Source of the DNA: Podarcis pityusensis
Lineage: Eukaryota
NCBI GenBank assembly: GCA_964106645.2
Contig: OZ067042.1
Length of the DNA stretch: 64,000 bases
Strand: one strand, 5' to 3'
A program made the position numbers and the translations under genes. The notes beneath the pieces are model-generated. The model was not told where the DNA came from, did not search any database, and saw only the letters and a program-made list of their open reading frames with translations. The first letter of the stretch is position 1. The number at the start of each line of letters is the position of its first letter. Shown piece by piece: positions 53,102 through 64,000 of this stretch.

Positions 53102-55422
53102 AGCGTTAGTCCAATATCTCATGATGATGATCTAACGCTAGTCCCAGATTGTGGGACAAAAGTAGCCAAGGTGATACTAGTTTCTTGGACCAGCCTCTTC
53201 TGATGAGTTTGCACAATTTTATGAATTACAAAACTTCTTTTTTCATTCTCCTTAAAATCCCATCACTTGATTGAAGCTTCTTTCCCCCTTTAACCTGAAC
53301 ACGAGAACTATGGGAAGTTCTTGTGTACTCTCACCAGCAGTAGCTAGTCCAGTCAACACCTTCTGCCCACTAGGTTTCTCCAGTCAGCTCTGATCATTAT
53401 TACCTAAGAGATAACAATAATAGTTAGAAGCTCTGCTCATGCCCTGTGAAAAGAGAGGTGCTGCAAATCTGGAAGCAATTCTCATTCAGCTCAACTTTTC
53501 AGCTGGACATTGTTTCAAGGCAAGAGCTTGTGCCGCATTATTTAGCACTAGGGTGTTGAGCTGTAAAATACCAGCACACAGTGCAACTGCTCTCTGGATT
53601 CAATGGCTACAGCAGTAACTCCTTGTCTATAGAGTGATGCTTCTGACAGAGCCAGACAGACAGACAGACAAGCCTGTAAAAGATATGATGTTCAGGAAAG
53701 GCACAGCCTCCATTCTGAGCCGCAATGATCCTTTTTTTTTTCCTTTTGCAAATTATTTTGATAAATGTTTGTAAAAGTTGTTCAGGTGAGAGAACCTACA
53801 TGCAACAATGTCTTTTTAGAACTCCTAGGCATGATTCTGCAGATGTCTTTTGTAACTAACACCAATGGAAAGGGACCCGTTTTTCTGCTGCCATGCACAA
53901 AAGGAACAGGGAACTCTCCTCGGCTCTTCCTTTTGATTTCCTTTATGGATTCCCTTTGCAAACTTTGCCACCTGGATCCAACCATAGTTGTGGGCCCACA
54001 GTTAACATGGCATGTGTCTCACAGTTCCTCAGGGGACGCCTCCCACTCTCCCTGAGCAGGAACTGTTGCAGTTGTCTTGCTGTTAACAAAATAAGATTGT
54101 ATCCAATTTATAAAAAATGATTTTCCTTTTGCAATAAGCTTTCTAACCTGCACTTTGAGGTCTTCTTTGCTTTCACTTTTAAGTTTTTAACTACAAGGAT
54201 TTTTATTATTGTTCCTTTACCAAGTTTAAACTTCTTTTTTTTAGAGACCTCATTTATGACACTTGTTTGAGACTTAAGTAATTTGCCTACCCCGTAATTA
54301 CTAAGGGAAAAAAAGAGAAAAAGAGAAAAAAAAGCTTTATAAAATTCATAACTTATTGCTGATTATAATTATTGGGTTGTTAATTTCAGTCCTGTAGATT
54401 TTTAATTTTATTATTCTTTAGATAGGGCTGGGCGACAAAAAACAAAAAAAACAAAAAAAAAACAAGGTAACCTCATTTAGCAGTGCAGTGGAATTGTGTT
54501 TAAATGTTAGCATATGGTTCTGCTTAATAGTAGCACTTTAACACCATTAAACATTTCTGTATCTGAAATGCACTGTGTTCTGCCATTTTGGTCACTCATG
54601 ATAATATTTTAGAATTCCCATGTTCTTGTGCCTGGAAGTTTTTTAAAAAACCTATTGGCCATGTGATTAGATGACCCCAAATGACCTCTCATGTAGATCT
54701 TGTCTTGATACTGATATGCTGCGTGTATGTTTGAACCCACATGTTATCCATTCACCCCAGAGCTATTACTGTGTCATATAATACAAGACACAACTTTAGA
54801 ACCTGTGTCATGAAATAGAAGCATAATCCCACCAAGGTTATAGTGTGTTTTATAGAGCTGGGGTTTTTTATTTTTTATTTTGTTTGGTAAAGCCTGGATC
54901 CAGTTGTTGTTCTACCTTAATCTCCCCTAGGTGACTCTATAAACATTCTGGTTTACTGCATGTGGTACTCTCTCCCTCTAGTGGCTGGAATAAGAACCCA
55001 TTAGTTGTAGTTAATGGGAGTAAAACGTTCAGCTGAACCAGTCAGTAGCAACAACTTTTATAGTACTGAGATCTGTTAATTGGCCCATAATCTGCATGTG
55101 TGAAGCTATGGTGTCCCAGCACAATTCTTTGGGGCTGTCAGAATGACTGGCAAGAACTCAAAATGAGCCAAAATTGTAGTACTGAGTTGTGTGGGTAGCC
55201 TTGGTTTGTGATTTTGCAGACACAAAAATCTGTCCAACTGACATCCTTTGAGTCCATTTCTGATCACAGGAGCTCATGTAGCAGAGTACATGCTTTGAAG
55301 GTAAAAGGAGCTGAGTTCAAACCCTGACATGTCTGGTTGGAAATTTTTTTTTAGAAGGACTAGAAAAAAGATGAGCCTGGAAAGTTGCTGTCCAGATGTT
55401 TAATACTGATCTAAGTGCTGTT

Positions 55423-55493
55423 CTGATCTAAGTGCTCTGGTCCATGGGGTCACGAAGAGTCGGACACGACTAAACGACTAAACAACAACAACA
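55423..55493 (+). mobile_element. 5'-truncated BovB/RTE 3' end inserted in the putative MXI1 3' UTR
   Basis: Core identical to the 9.3-kb copy; 10-bp TSD aagtgctgtt at 55413-55422 and 55494-55503. Confidence 0.88.
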
Positions 55494-58400
55494 AAGTGCT
55501 GTTATGTGTCAAGATCATGTAAAAAATAATTAGATGGGAAGGACGGACAAATCTCTTCATACATTACTTTGTTGAAGGGGTAACATGACTGTTCCTGGAC
55601 CCTCTTTAAGAATGTTTGGGGAGTAGGAATTTCCTAGCTCCATAGATTCCCAGAATGATTTAGAACACTGATAAAAAGGTTCTCTCCTTCAGAAGTTATT
55701 CCTCAACAAGGCACCAGGAAGAGCTGTGTGTGACCTTTGGGTTAGAGCTAGACACACAACCTCCCTTTGTATAATTAACATATAAAAAAGATTCTACCTA
55801 CACTAAATTCTGCACAAGCACAATATAAACCTAGAGGGTCTTTGAAGTGTTGCTCTAGAATCACATACAACAGTTTGTATGTTAAAGAGCCACTGCAACA
55901 AGGTACAACAGGCTGAATATGTATGTTATGTTAGCCATTCTATTAAAAAAAATATGAAAAGGGTATGTTTGTGTAACTTAAGAATCATAGTGATAGCCAG
56001 AAAGCAGCTCAAACTTCAATATAACATCTAGAAAAGCCTTTATTTCCCCATGTTCGTCATTAAATTGAATTTATATCTTGAAATTTCCTCTTGTTCCTTA
56101 CACTTGAGATACATTTATATGTAATCTTCTCCCCCTCCCCATGTCTAATTTGTAATGTGACCCTATGCGTGTTTGCTCAGAAGTCACACTGTGTTCAGTG
56201 GTGTTTCACTTTCAGATAAACGTGCCTATATCTGTAGACAGACCCAAAAGTTAAATGTGACTTTGCATTTGGCATAAAGATTGCATCAGCTGCAGGAATG
56301 GGCCATTTCCAAAACTGGTAATCCCATATAGGTGCATCACCAGGCCTTGAATGGCTGGGAAATTCTATTCACCCAAAAGTTAATGAACAAAAAAAGGCTA
56401 AACTGACTTCATTATCACCAAGACTGTTGACATTCATGACGCTTACTGAGAAATATATCAGTCCAGGTTTGTCTTCATCTTGGTGAAAGCTCTTATTTCA
56501 GGTATTTGTCACTGTTAACGCTTGTGTGGGTAATGCCAAGAATGGATGTGTATCTTACTATATCCAGAAAATGCGCAAGAGTTATGTTTGTTTTCTGCAA
56601 CCTAGGAAATGATGGACATAAGCAACCACTGGTGAGGTTGCTAGTGTCGATGTTTATTCTCTCTCTAGGATTAGGCATGGATATTTCCAAACCTTGCTAT
56701 AGGAGAGCCATATTCCTGGAGATGCAGGGATTGAACTCTTTCCATGCAAATCATGTGCCCTATATCTGAGCTTTTTTGAATGTGATGAAAAATGGAAGCA
56801 GCAGCTGTACATGCATGGCCACTTTTCCCTGAACAGTCTTGAGTGAAGCAACTAGACAGCACTGAACTTCAAACTTGTGCAATGTGATGGACTATATGAC
56901 TTGGAGCACACTATGGCACTTCAGTTCAAAGACAGTAACATACTAGTGGAATGGGCTAATATGGGCAATAACAACTTACAGTTAATTAAAATTCATGATT
57001 CTCAGAAACTTGAAACCCTCTTTTGTTGTGACTTCATCTTTTGCTCTTCAGACTTCATGCACTGAGGAGCTGGAAACTGCAGTTCCAGTAGCACATGATT
57101 GGTCATGCAACACAAAAGTGGAAAAAGGGTTGTGAGTTAAAGAAGATTTAACCAATGTGAACCCATGATTTTAGCTTCCAGAGGCAGAGCACCAGGACCA
57201 GTTGAGGTACCATGGTCTGCATCAGATCAATGGCCTTAGAGAGAAACTGGCAAATGTCAGAGCCAACTGAAAGTAGCAGTTTTACTGTTCACTCTTCACC
57301 TATGGCTTAATCCTTACCAATTTTACAACGCTGGCCTCCCTGGTGCACAGTCTACACCTGCCATCATTAAATTACGCCACTGGAAAGTTCTAAACAATAA
57401 GAATTTACAAAAGAAGGAACACTAAAAACAGAACCGTCAACATCAAGAATTGTTCATTTTTCTCCTCTCTAGCCAAGTTGCAAAGAATTTTTTTAACTGT
57501 ACTAAACACTATCCACTATTTCTCTGTTCAGCTGGTCAAACCAGTGTGGGTATATATAAGCCAGTGTCAGAACTATTTTTTAAAAATGCTAAAGATCCCT
57601 TTAAGAAAAACAGGAAATTTGGATGTAAATGCTACTAAAATAGCTATGAATATCTATGTCCTCATACTTCAGATACCACTAGCATTTACGTAGTTTGCCC
57701 CGCCCCTCTTGATTCCTTGTAGCACAATATGATCTTGGTTTTAGTATATTACTCTATTAACAACCACTGCATACAGAAGGAACCTGCTTCTATGACTATA
57801 ACAGGACTAGATTAAAGCTCTGGGCCAACTCAGATGATCACTGTCCACAAAATAGCTGGGGGGGAGGAGAGAGAATGCACAACCGTTCTACACTGGACTA
57901 ACCTTCAGCTCAATACTAGGCAGAGGATCCAGCATCAGGAGTTCAAGAAACAATGGTTACTGCAGCATGCCAAAAGCTGAATGCTGCATGTGGCTGTGGG
58001 TGTATAAGACAAGCTGCTAAAGAAAACAGCAGGATTTTCCAGTAGCTACTATTGCGAAACTTCTACGTGTGTGAATCAACCTTCAGCTCCTTTCCTATTT
58101 TCTGTACATTTAAGATAGATATTTAAGCAAAGTTACTTACCTGAAGTGGCTACCTTCCTCACCCACCCCCAAATGCAAGCTACAGTAGCATTGTACAGTT
58201 TCTCAAATACACAGCTATCCTTAATTTCTGTTACAAAAGCAACAGGGACCAAGTCACACACAAAGAGTTCAACAGGCTGGTCATTTGATTACAGTGGGCT
58301 CAAGCATGCCAAACACACTATTATACCGTGGCTAAAATCTCCAGTCAAGTAATGCTCTGCAAGATTAACTTGTCATATACAAACAAAAAACAATGAAATC

Positions 58401-59895
58401 TACAAGGCTATGTAGGATTTGAAGAGCTGAATAGTAAAATCAATTACTGAATCCAATGTGGAAGACACATATCAATTCAGACATTTGCTAGATAGAAAAA
58501 TATCAGCAAGTCCTGCTAGAAATTTTACAGGAGCTAGGCAACTTAGCAGGCGCTCCAACACACAACAAAATATTGCATGTCAGGAAACTGAGTGTAAGTT
58601 ATATACCCTTCCCTATAGGGACTTCAGCTGACCCCCTAAGGGAGGGACCAACCAGGTTGTGCAACATGATGCTCCAATTGGCAGTAACTAGGGGGTGTAT
58701 TCAGGCAGGTGTTTCTTGCATAGCAGCTCATTGCTTGTTGCAAACTGCCAGAACAGATTAATCCCTTTTTTGAATGAAGAACATACCAAATGAAGACAAG
58801 CTAACCCTTTATATGCATAAAATGCCTTACCCATTATAAAAACATGATTCAAATTCAACCCAAATAAGTAATGATAGGGCTCCTCCACAGAGAAAATGTG
58901 CTTCTCTGGAGATATTTCTGATAGTGCTCTTGTTGGAATAGGCTGATGTCCCTATTCAGCACCTACTGACGTGGTACATTAAATTGTTTTAAAATCACAA
59001 CACCTAAGAAAAAAGTGCATTTTTTCATCAATCACTGTTGTGCTACGTAGCTCTTGGATTTTAAAATGTCACAGTCTTGCGGTATATAAACAATCCTGCT
59101 ACTGATCTTCAAGCCTAGCCATCGCAGAATGCAAAGGAAATTGTAATTCTAGCATGACATCTCACTTTGCAAATCTCAACATGTTTTCCTAAACTTGCGT
59201 CTTCTGCAGCTTCTAACTATTACTTTGCTATTTTAAAAGAAAAGAGTTACTGCAGTGTAATCTTGCATAGGATTTATGTTTGCAACTATTATATTCTAAT
59301 GTAAAATGACAATACAGGTCTTTAAACCCAGTAAGTACATTTTATCTTCAATCACATTAACCAGTGTCTGATGCACAAATTAGGTTTGTGCCATTATAAT
59401 TTTTCCCAGCTGTTAAAAAAATACCAGCAAATCTGTTTCAGCCTCTACTGAATTATGGGTTTCCTTTGTAATTTGTGTATTAAAGGGGGGAAATGTACAG
59501 TGCTATGTTTCTATATAATGATACTGCACTGGTCTAGGAATGCAATTCCGTGTTTAAACAGATATGTATCCTCTTGACAAATATTTTTATGTGCAAGTTT
59601 ATTTTTAAGATTTCTGTTATCACTACTTTTGCTTCCTCTGAGATTTCCTGAACTTTGGTGCAGTTACTCTAATGGTGCTGTAGCCAACTGCTACTTGAGG
59701 AACTGAATGATAAAACCCCCCAACCAATCCATGATTGGTGCTTAAATTGACCAGCGCCAATCGTCAAAACAATACTGAAACAGCATTATCTATAATGGTG
59801 CAGGGATGGTGCTGACAAAGATGTTACATTTTCCATCATTGTAAACATTATTCTTTTGTTTGTGGGCATCTATATAAACTTGTTTAAAATATACA

Positions 59896-59901
59896 AATAA
59901 A
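59896..59901 (+). terminator. Poly(A) signal AATAAA, probable distal MXI1 site
   Basis: ttgtttaaaatatacaAATAAAttttatg with a downstream U-rich tract. Confidence 0.55.
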
Positions 59902-60554
59902 TTTTATGAAATTTTATTTCTAGTAAGATTTGTTACCCTTTTCTCTTCCCACATCGCTAGTGAAAAAAATTAATACTAGTTCAGTTGTCAAACTGCTGCA
60001 ACAGCATAGCTCCATTTACGTTGATTAGAGGCTTACCTAGTCTACTGAAAATTGCAGCCCAGTTTTCCATACAAGTGCACAAATCTCCTGCAGTAAGTTA
60101 AAAGAACAGTAGGCTCTGCTGCACTGGCCTCCAGCTTTACCTGCTTTGAAAAGAAGTGAAATGCTTTCCCATAGGAAAGTTAGCTATTCAGTCACAACAA
60201 ACAACAGAATCAAGATCTTAATCCTGGCAGTTTCTGATCTCAGGACCCAGACATTCAGAATTTGAATGATCAGCTTCAAGGACAACTGAAAATCCTGCCT
60301 CAATATGCATGTCTTCCTAACAGGTAAACTGTCATCAATTGCATAAGCCACAGTACTGCTAGATAAAAATTAAGATACTGCTATAGTCCAGTTTGACTAA
60401 GGAACATCTCTTTAGAAGGAAAAAAAAACCTTAGTAGTCTGTGGACTTCACAAATGTTATTTCAAAAGTGTTGCAACTCCTACAATTTTGACCATATTAC
60501 GTAATTTCATACCAGATTTAATTTTTTTCACATTTTTAGATTCTTTGGAAGAAA

Positions 60555-62634
60555 GCCAAGAGGTTTTGAATTCTTTATTTTAATAAAAGTTAAACATACA
60601 AAACTGAAATCAACACAGTCATAAAAATTACCTCCTCCTTTTGTTAACAAGAAGAACCTCTCTCTATGGATGGATTCTAAGCTACTAGATATGGATTTTA
60701 GGCTCAAGTAAACTGTCAGACATTTACACTAATCAGTGCATCAACAAATGCTGATGGTTCCTGATCTTATTTAATTCAGAAAACAAATTACAAAAGGGAA
60801 CTACAACAACATAATATACATGGGGAATGGAGTTCAGATTAATGAGCAAGAATTACTCTTGTACGAGAAATAACTAAATCCAGTCTTGTTCATTAACTTA
60901 ACACCATATTTTACAAAAATAATTATCTACACTGTATACAGGGCTATACGTTAACTTTTTGTGTCAGACACATTTCAAGATTGAGAGATAGACTACAACC
61001 CTAAGCAATACGTATGGCAAAGGGAAGCAATTGCATCCACAAGATACAAATAGGCCTGGACTTTTACACATGGTTTCCCAAATAAAATCAAGGAGGGCCA
61101 GCAATACTAACGTAAGTTAAACCTTGTAAGAGGAACCTCCTGTTGCATTTAAAAAAGCTGGATAAGCACAAAAAAATTTCAGCAAAATGCAGGTGACTTG
61201 CCATATTTACCAACATAAACGCACTGAGTAATTCTCAAGAGGAATAACTATTTCTATATGTAACATTTGACTCTTTGAACACTTAAAAGTGCTAATCAAA
61301 CCTGCAAAGTGACTGAATACATCTTAGGAAGCCTACAGGTAGGTTCTCAAGACCTATAAATCAAAATGTTCTGCTCCTGACAATAAATATGCTTACCTGC
61401 TTGGCACTAGCAAGTGCTTTTTTTTCTGGTGAGAACCTCCACCTTCTTGAGCTGGGAGAAGGATGGTGGAATCTTCAAGACTTTGGATAATACCCAACTA
61501 AGTTAAAGCAGACCCCCCTGATTTCAGTGGGTTTGCTCCAAGTATGAGTTGAGTATCACCCCTTGTGCTGAATTCAGAGATTCCCCTAGTTTTTCTCCAT
61601 ACTCCAGAGAGGGCAAGAGAAATCTACATCAATTTATGATGAGCCTTGGGGAGAAGCAAGACGTCCTACTGCTTTCGAAACTCAGTGCAAGATCTGGGAG
61701 TTCCCTCCACCACCCTCCCAACCTTGCAGAGATTTTGCAAAGTGGGAAACAGCAGTGTATCTTCCTGCTTTTCAGGGGTTTTCTGAGGCTCAGTGTGACA
61801 GGGAGAAGCCCCTGGTTCTGCCACTATCCAGCCTGGGCAAGGGGAAAATGACAGGGACATGCCCCTGAAGTCACACTAAGCTTTAGAGCATCTCTGAGAC
61901 TTCATGTCAAAGCTCAAACCCCTTCTCCTCAGTTGAGTCAATCATGAGCACAAATTTTGCCTACCAAGACCAGTCAAGCTTTGTGGAAACCCTGTTTTGC
62001 TCATGAAGATGGATTTTGTCAACACTTCCGGCACAATGCATTCAACCTGTAATCTTAAAATTTGAACTGCACTGTTTCTGGCTTATGAATCATTAACTGG
62101 AGATTAGATGGCCCAGATTCATTACAAGCCAAGGAAGCAGATGCAGATTGTGATCAACTAACAATTGACTTTCAAAATAGAATAAAATCCAGAGAAAGTC
62201 ATCATAATTGTACTAGCTCTGCAGGAGTTACAGTGCTTAACAGCTATCCTGCAATAAGATGGCAGGCCTGTAAGCACATAACAGGGAGCAAGGAAAGCTG
62301 GGATAACTATTTTATTTCACGACCATTTGTTTGATGGCATTCCCAACTAATGCTACAGGGGTGGACACTTGAGAAATCAGACACTTCAGGATACTGCAAA
62401 GGGCATTTCTTCAACATAGTCTGACGTGTGCACATTTATGCAATTTACATCTTTTAAGAGCAAAGGGGTCATTTGAACAGCTATTACCTTGCTTAAGGCT
62501 TGTACCAGCATAAGCCAACTGATGTCAACAACCATTTTCACTATGCGCCAATAGTTTACTTTTAGAAAAATAGAACAATAAAAAGGTAAATGTAAAGCCC
62601 TGCAGAAGTGATGTTAAGTCATTTTCTCCCTCAA
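60555..62634 (-). other. SMNDC1: Putative SMNDC1 3' UTR
   Basis: Downstream of the TAA; U-rich on the minus strand; minus-strand AATAAA (TTTATT on +) at 60574-60579 and 62311-62316. Confidence 0.6.
60574..60579 (-). terminator. Poly(A) signal AATAAA (minus strand), probable SMNDC1 site
   Basis: TTTATT on + at the end of an A-rich(+)/U-rich(-) UTR-like block. Confidence 0.55.
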
Positions 62635-62772
62635 TTACTGGGGCATTAAATGTCTGACATTGTACTTGGATGTATCTTGGTACTGTGTCATGGGTTTGTC
62701 TGCAATTCCACACGTTCCAACTCCAACCTTCCCTGTTACGCTCTCAGGAGAAGCAAAGATGCTTCGCTTTAC
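62635..62772 (-). CDS. SMNDC1: SMNDC1 (SPF30) terminal coding exon (VKRSIFASPESVTGKVGVGTCGIADKPMTQYQDTSKYNVRHLMPQ*)
   Basis: Minus strand ttccacag|GTAAAGCGAAGC...ATGCCCCAG TAA; 45 aa matching the recalled SMNDC1 C-terminus; tail-to-tail MXI1-SMNDC1 synteny is known in other vertebrates. Missing from the ORF track because it is too short. Confidence 0.96.
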   Translation of the reverse strand, partial: VKRSIFASPESVTGKVGVGTCGIADKPMTQYQDTSKYNVRHLMPQ

Positions 62773-63691
62773 CTGTGGAACAAATTAAAAGCACCAATTG
62801 TAACATTTTCAAATTTCAACAAGTCAGCAAAGGAGTGCTAATATCAAATGTTCACATGCATCATTCAAAAAGCAAAATACAACTAAATTTTAATGATCAT
62901 TAAACAGGAACCTTTAACAAAAAAGCTGTAATTGGAAATGAAGCACTTCTGCTCTGGTCATGGCACTCAGCATAAAGTGTTACCAGCCTCAGTTGCCTGA
63001 AGTGTCTTCTGCATGCTCTGTTAAGGGTATCGTTACAATGTGGTGCTTATTAATGTTTTTCCTTTGCCACCACCACTCAAAATAATTTAGCATGCAAACA
63101 GCACACACTAAAAACCTAACTCACATATCAATGGTTCAAACAAAGTGCGAGTTATATTTGGCAATACCAAACTCGAAAATATGAAACATACAAAGAGCTT
63201 TGTACCATTATGGCAGCCTGAAAGCATCATAGTGTAAGCAACTATGCCACAAGCTTTATAGGCATGAACTTTTAACTTTACAGGTGCTACTATTGGAACG
63301 GTTGTTATCAGAAATCTGTTGTTCAGACACGAAAAATTATACTCAAACTTTGCTACAGAAATGGCTGATTCAGATATCCAAACAGCTGGAGTTTGCTCGT
63401 GTCCTTACTTGTTTGTGCTTTGCTGGTCACCAGCACCCATTTTGGGCAAAAACCATAGAAGGGAGAGTCATCAGACAAATCAGATATCCCTTTGCCTGGC
63501 TTTTGCTTATTGGCTGCAACAGTCTCAGGCAGAAAGCATGGATTAGAAATGTTCCCCTAGGAAATAATGGAAATTGCGAAGGCTTGCCTAGCGAACAATT
63601 TCCTGGAAATGCATTGTGCTCGAAAACTGGGACCTGTTTATCCCACCCTATCTGCAGGGACTCAAACTAAGTGTAGTGATATTTAACAATA

Positions 63692-63917
63692 CAGTGGTAC
63701 CTCGGGTTACAAACACCTCGGGTTTCAGACTCCGCTAACCCAGAAGTAGTACCTCGGGTTAAGAACTTTACCTCAACATGAGAACAGAAATCGCACGCTG
63801 GCAGCGCAGCAGCAACGGGAGGCCCCATTAGCTAAAGTGGTACCTCAGATTAAGAACGGTTTCAGGTTAAGAATGGACCTCCGGAATGAATTAAGTTCGT
63901 AACCAGAGGTACCACTG
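63692..63917. mobile_element. Tigger/pogo-like MITE in the SMNDC1 last intron
   Basis: TA-cagtggtacctcgggttac ... gtaaccagaggtaccactg-TA; colinear with 20649-20856. Confidence 0.88.
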
Positions 63918-64000
63918 TATGTTAAGAATATTATAAACAGATCTCTCCCATTGTATATTCTAGAAACAAACAGCTTTGCCTATAATATTCTTTTGTCTTT

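Larger units (their letters stand above)
52637..59920 (+). other. MXI1: Putative long MXI1 3' UTR (end inferred)
   Basis: Follows the stop codon; AT/U-rich, repeat-poor blocks at about 53.7-54.9 kb and 58.9-59.9 kb; AATAAA at 53096-53101 and at 59896-59901, the latter followed by T-rich sequence. The end point is not proven. Confidence 0.55.

Noticed and set aside
62773-64000. Penultimate SMNDC1 exon (...NKKGQ)
   Set aside because: Not found; it lies beyond the right edge of the window.

Overview
This is vertebrate genomic DNA, most likely from a squamate reptile. A lacertid-like lizard is inferred from the Sauria SINE, BovB/RTE tails and lizard-type MITEs. The + strand carries the last four coding exons of MXI1 (MAX interactor 1, a bHLH-Zip MYC antagonist) at 17699-17728, 47271-47385, 49757-49928 and 52473-52636. 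They splice in frame through canonical GT-AG sites and are followed by a probably very long 3' UTR reaching about 59.9 kb. I could not find the upstream MXI1 exons (SID region), so they probably lie left of the window. The last coding exon of SMNDC1 (SPF30) lies convergently on the - strand (62635-62772), with its 3' UTR running to about 60.55 kb. The remainder is intron sequence rich in SINEs, L2/CR1/BovB fragments, Tc1/pogo and hAT MITEs and microsatellites, plus one 130-N gap. Nearly all ORFs in the supplied track are spurious. I found no convincing new multi-gene system. The best leads are candidate unannotated cassette or poison exons around the MXI1 basic-region microexon, a mammalian-Tigger1-like MITE straddling the gap, bidirectional poly(A) signals between the two genes, and CRE+FOXO composite motifs. 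Gene and repeat family names come from recall of known sequences, not database searches.
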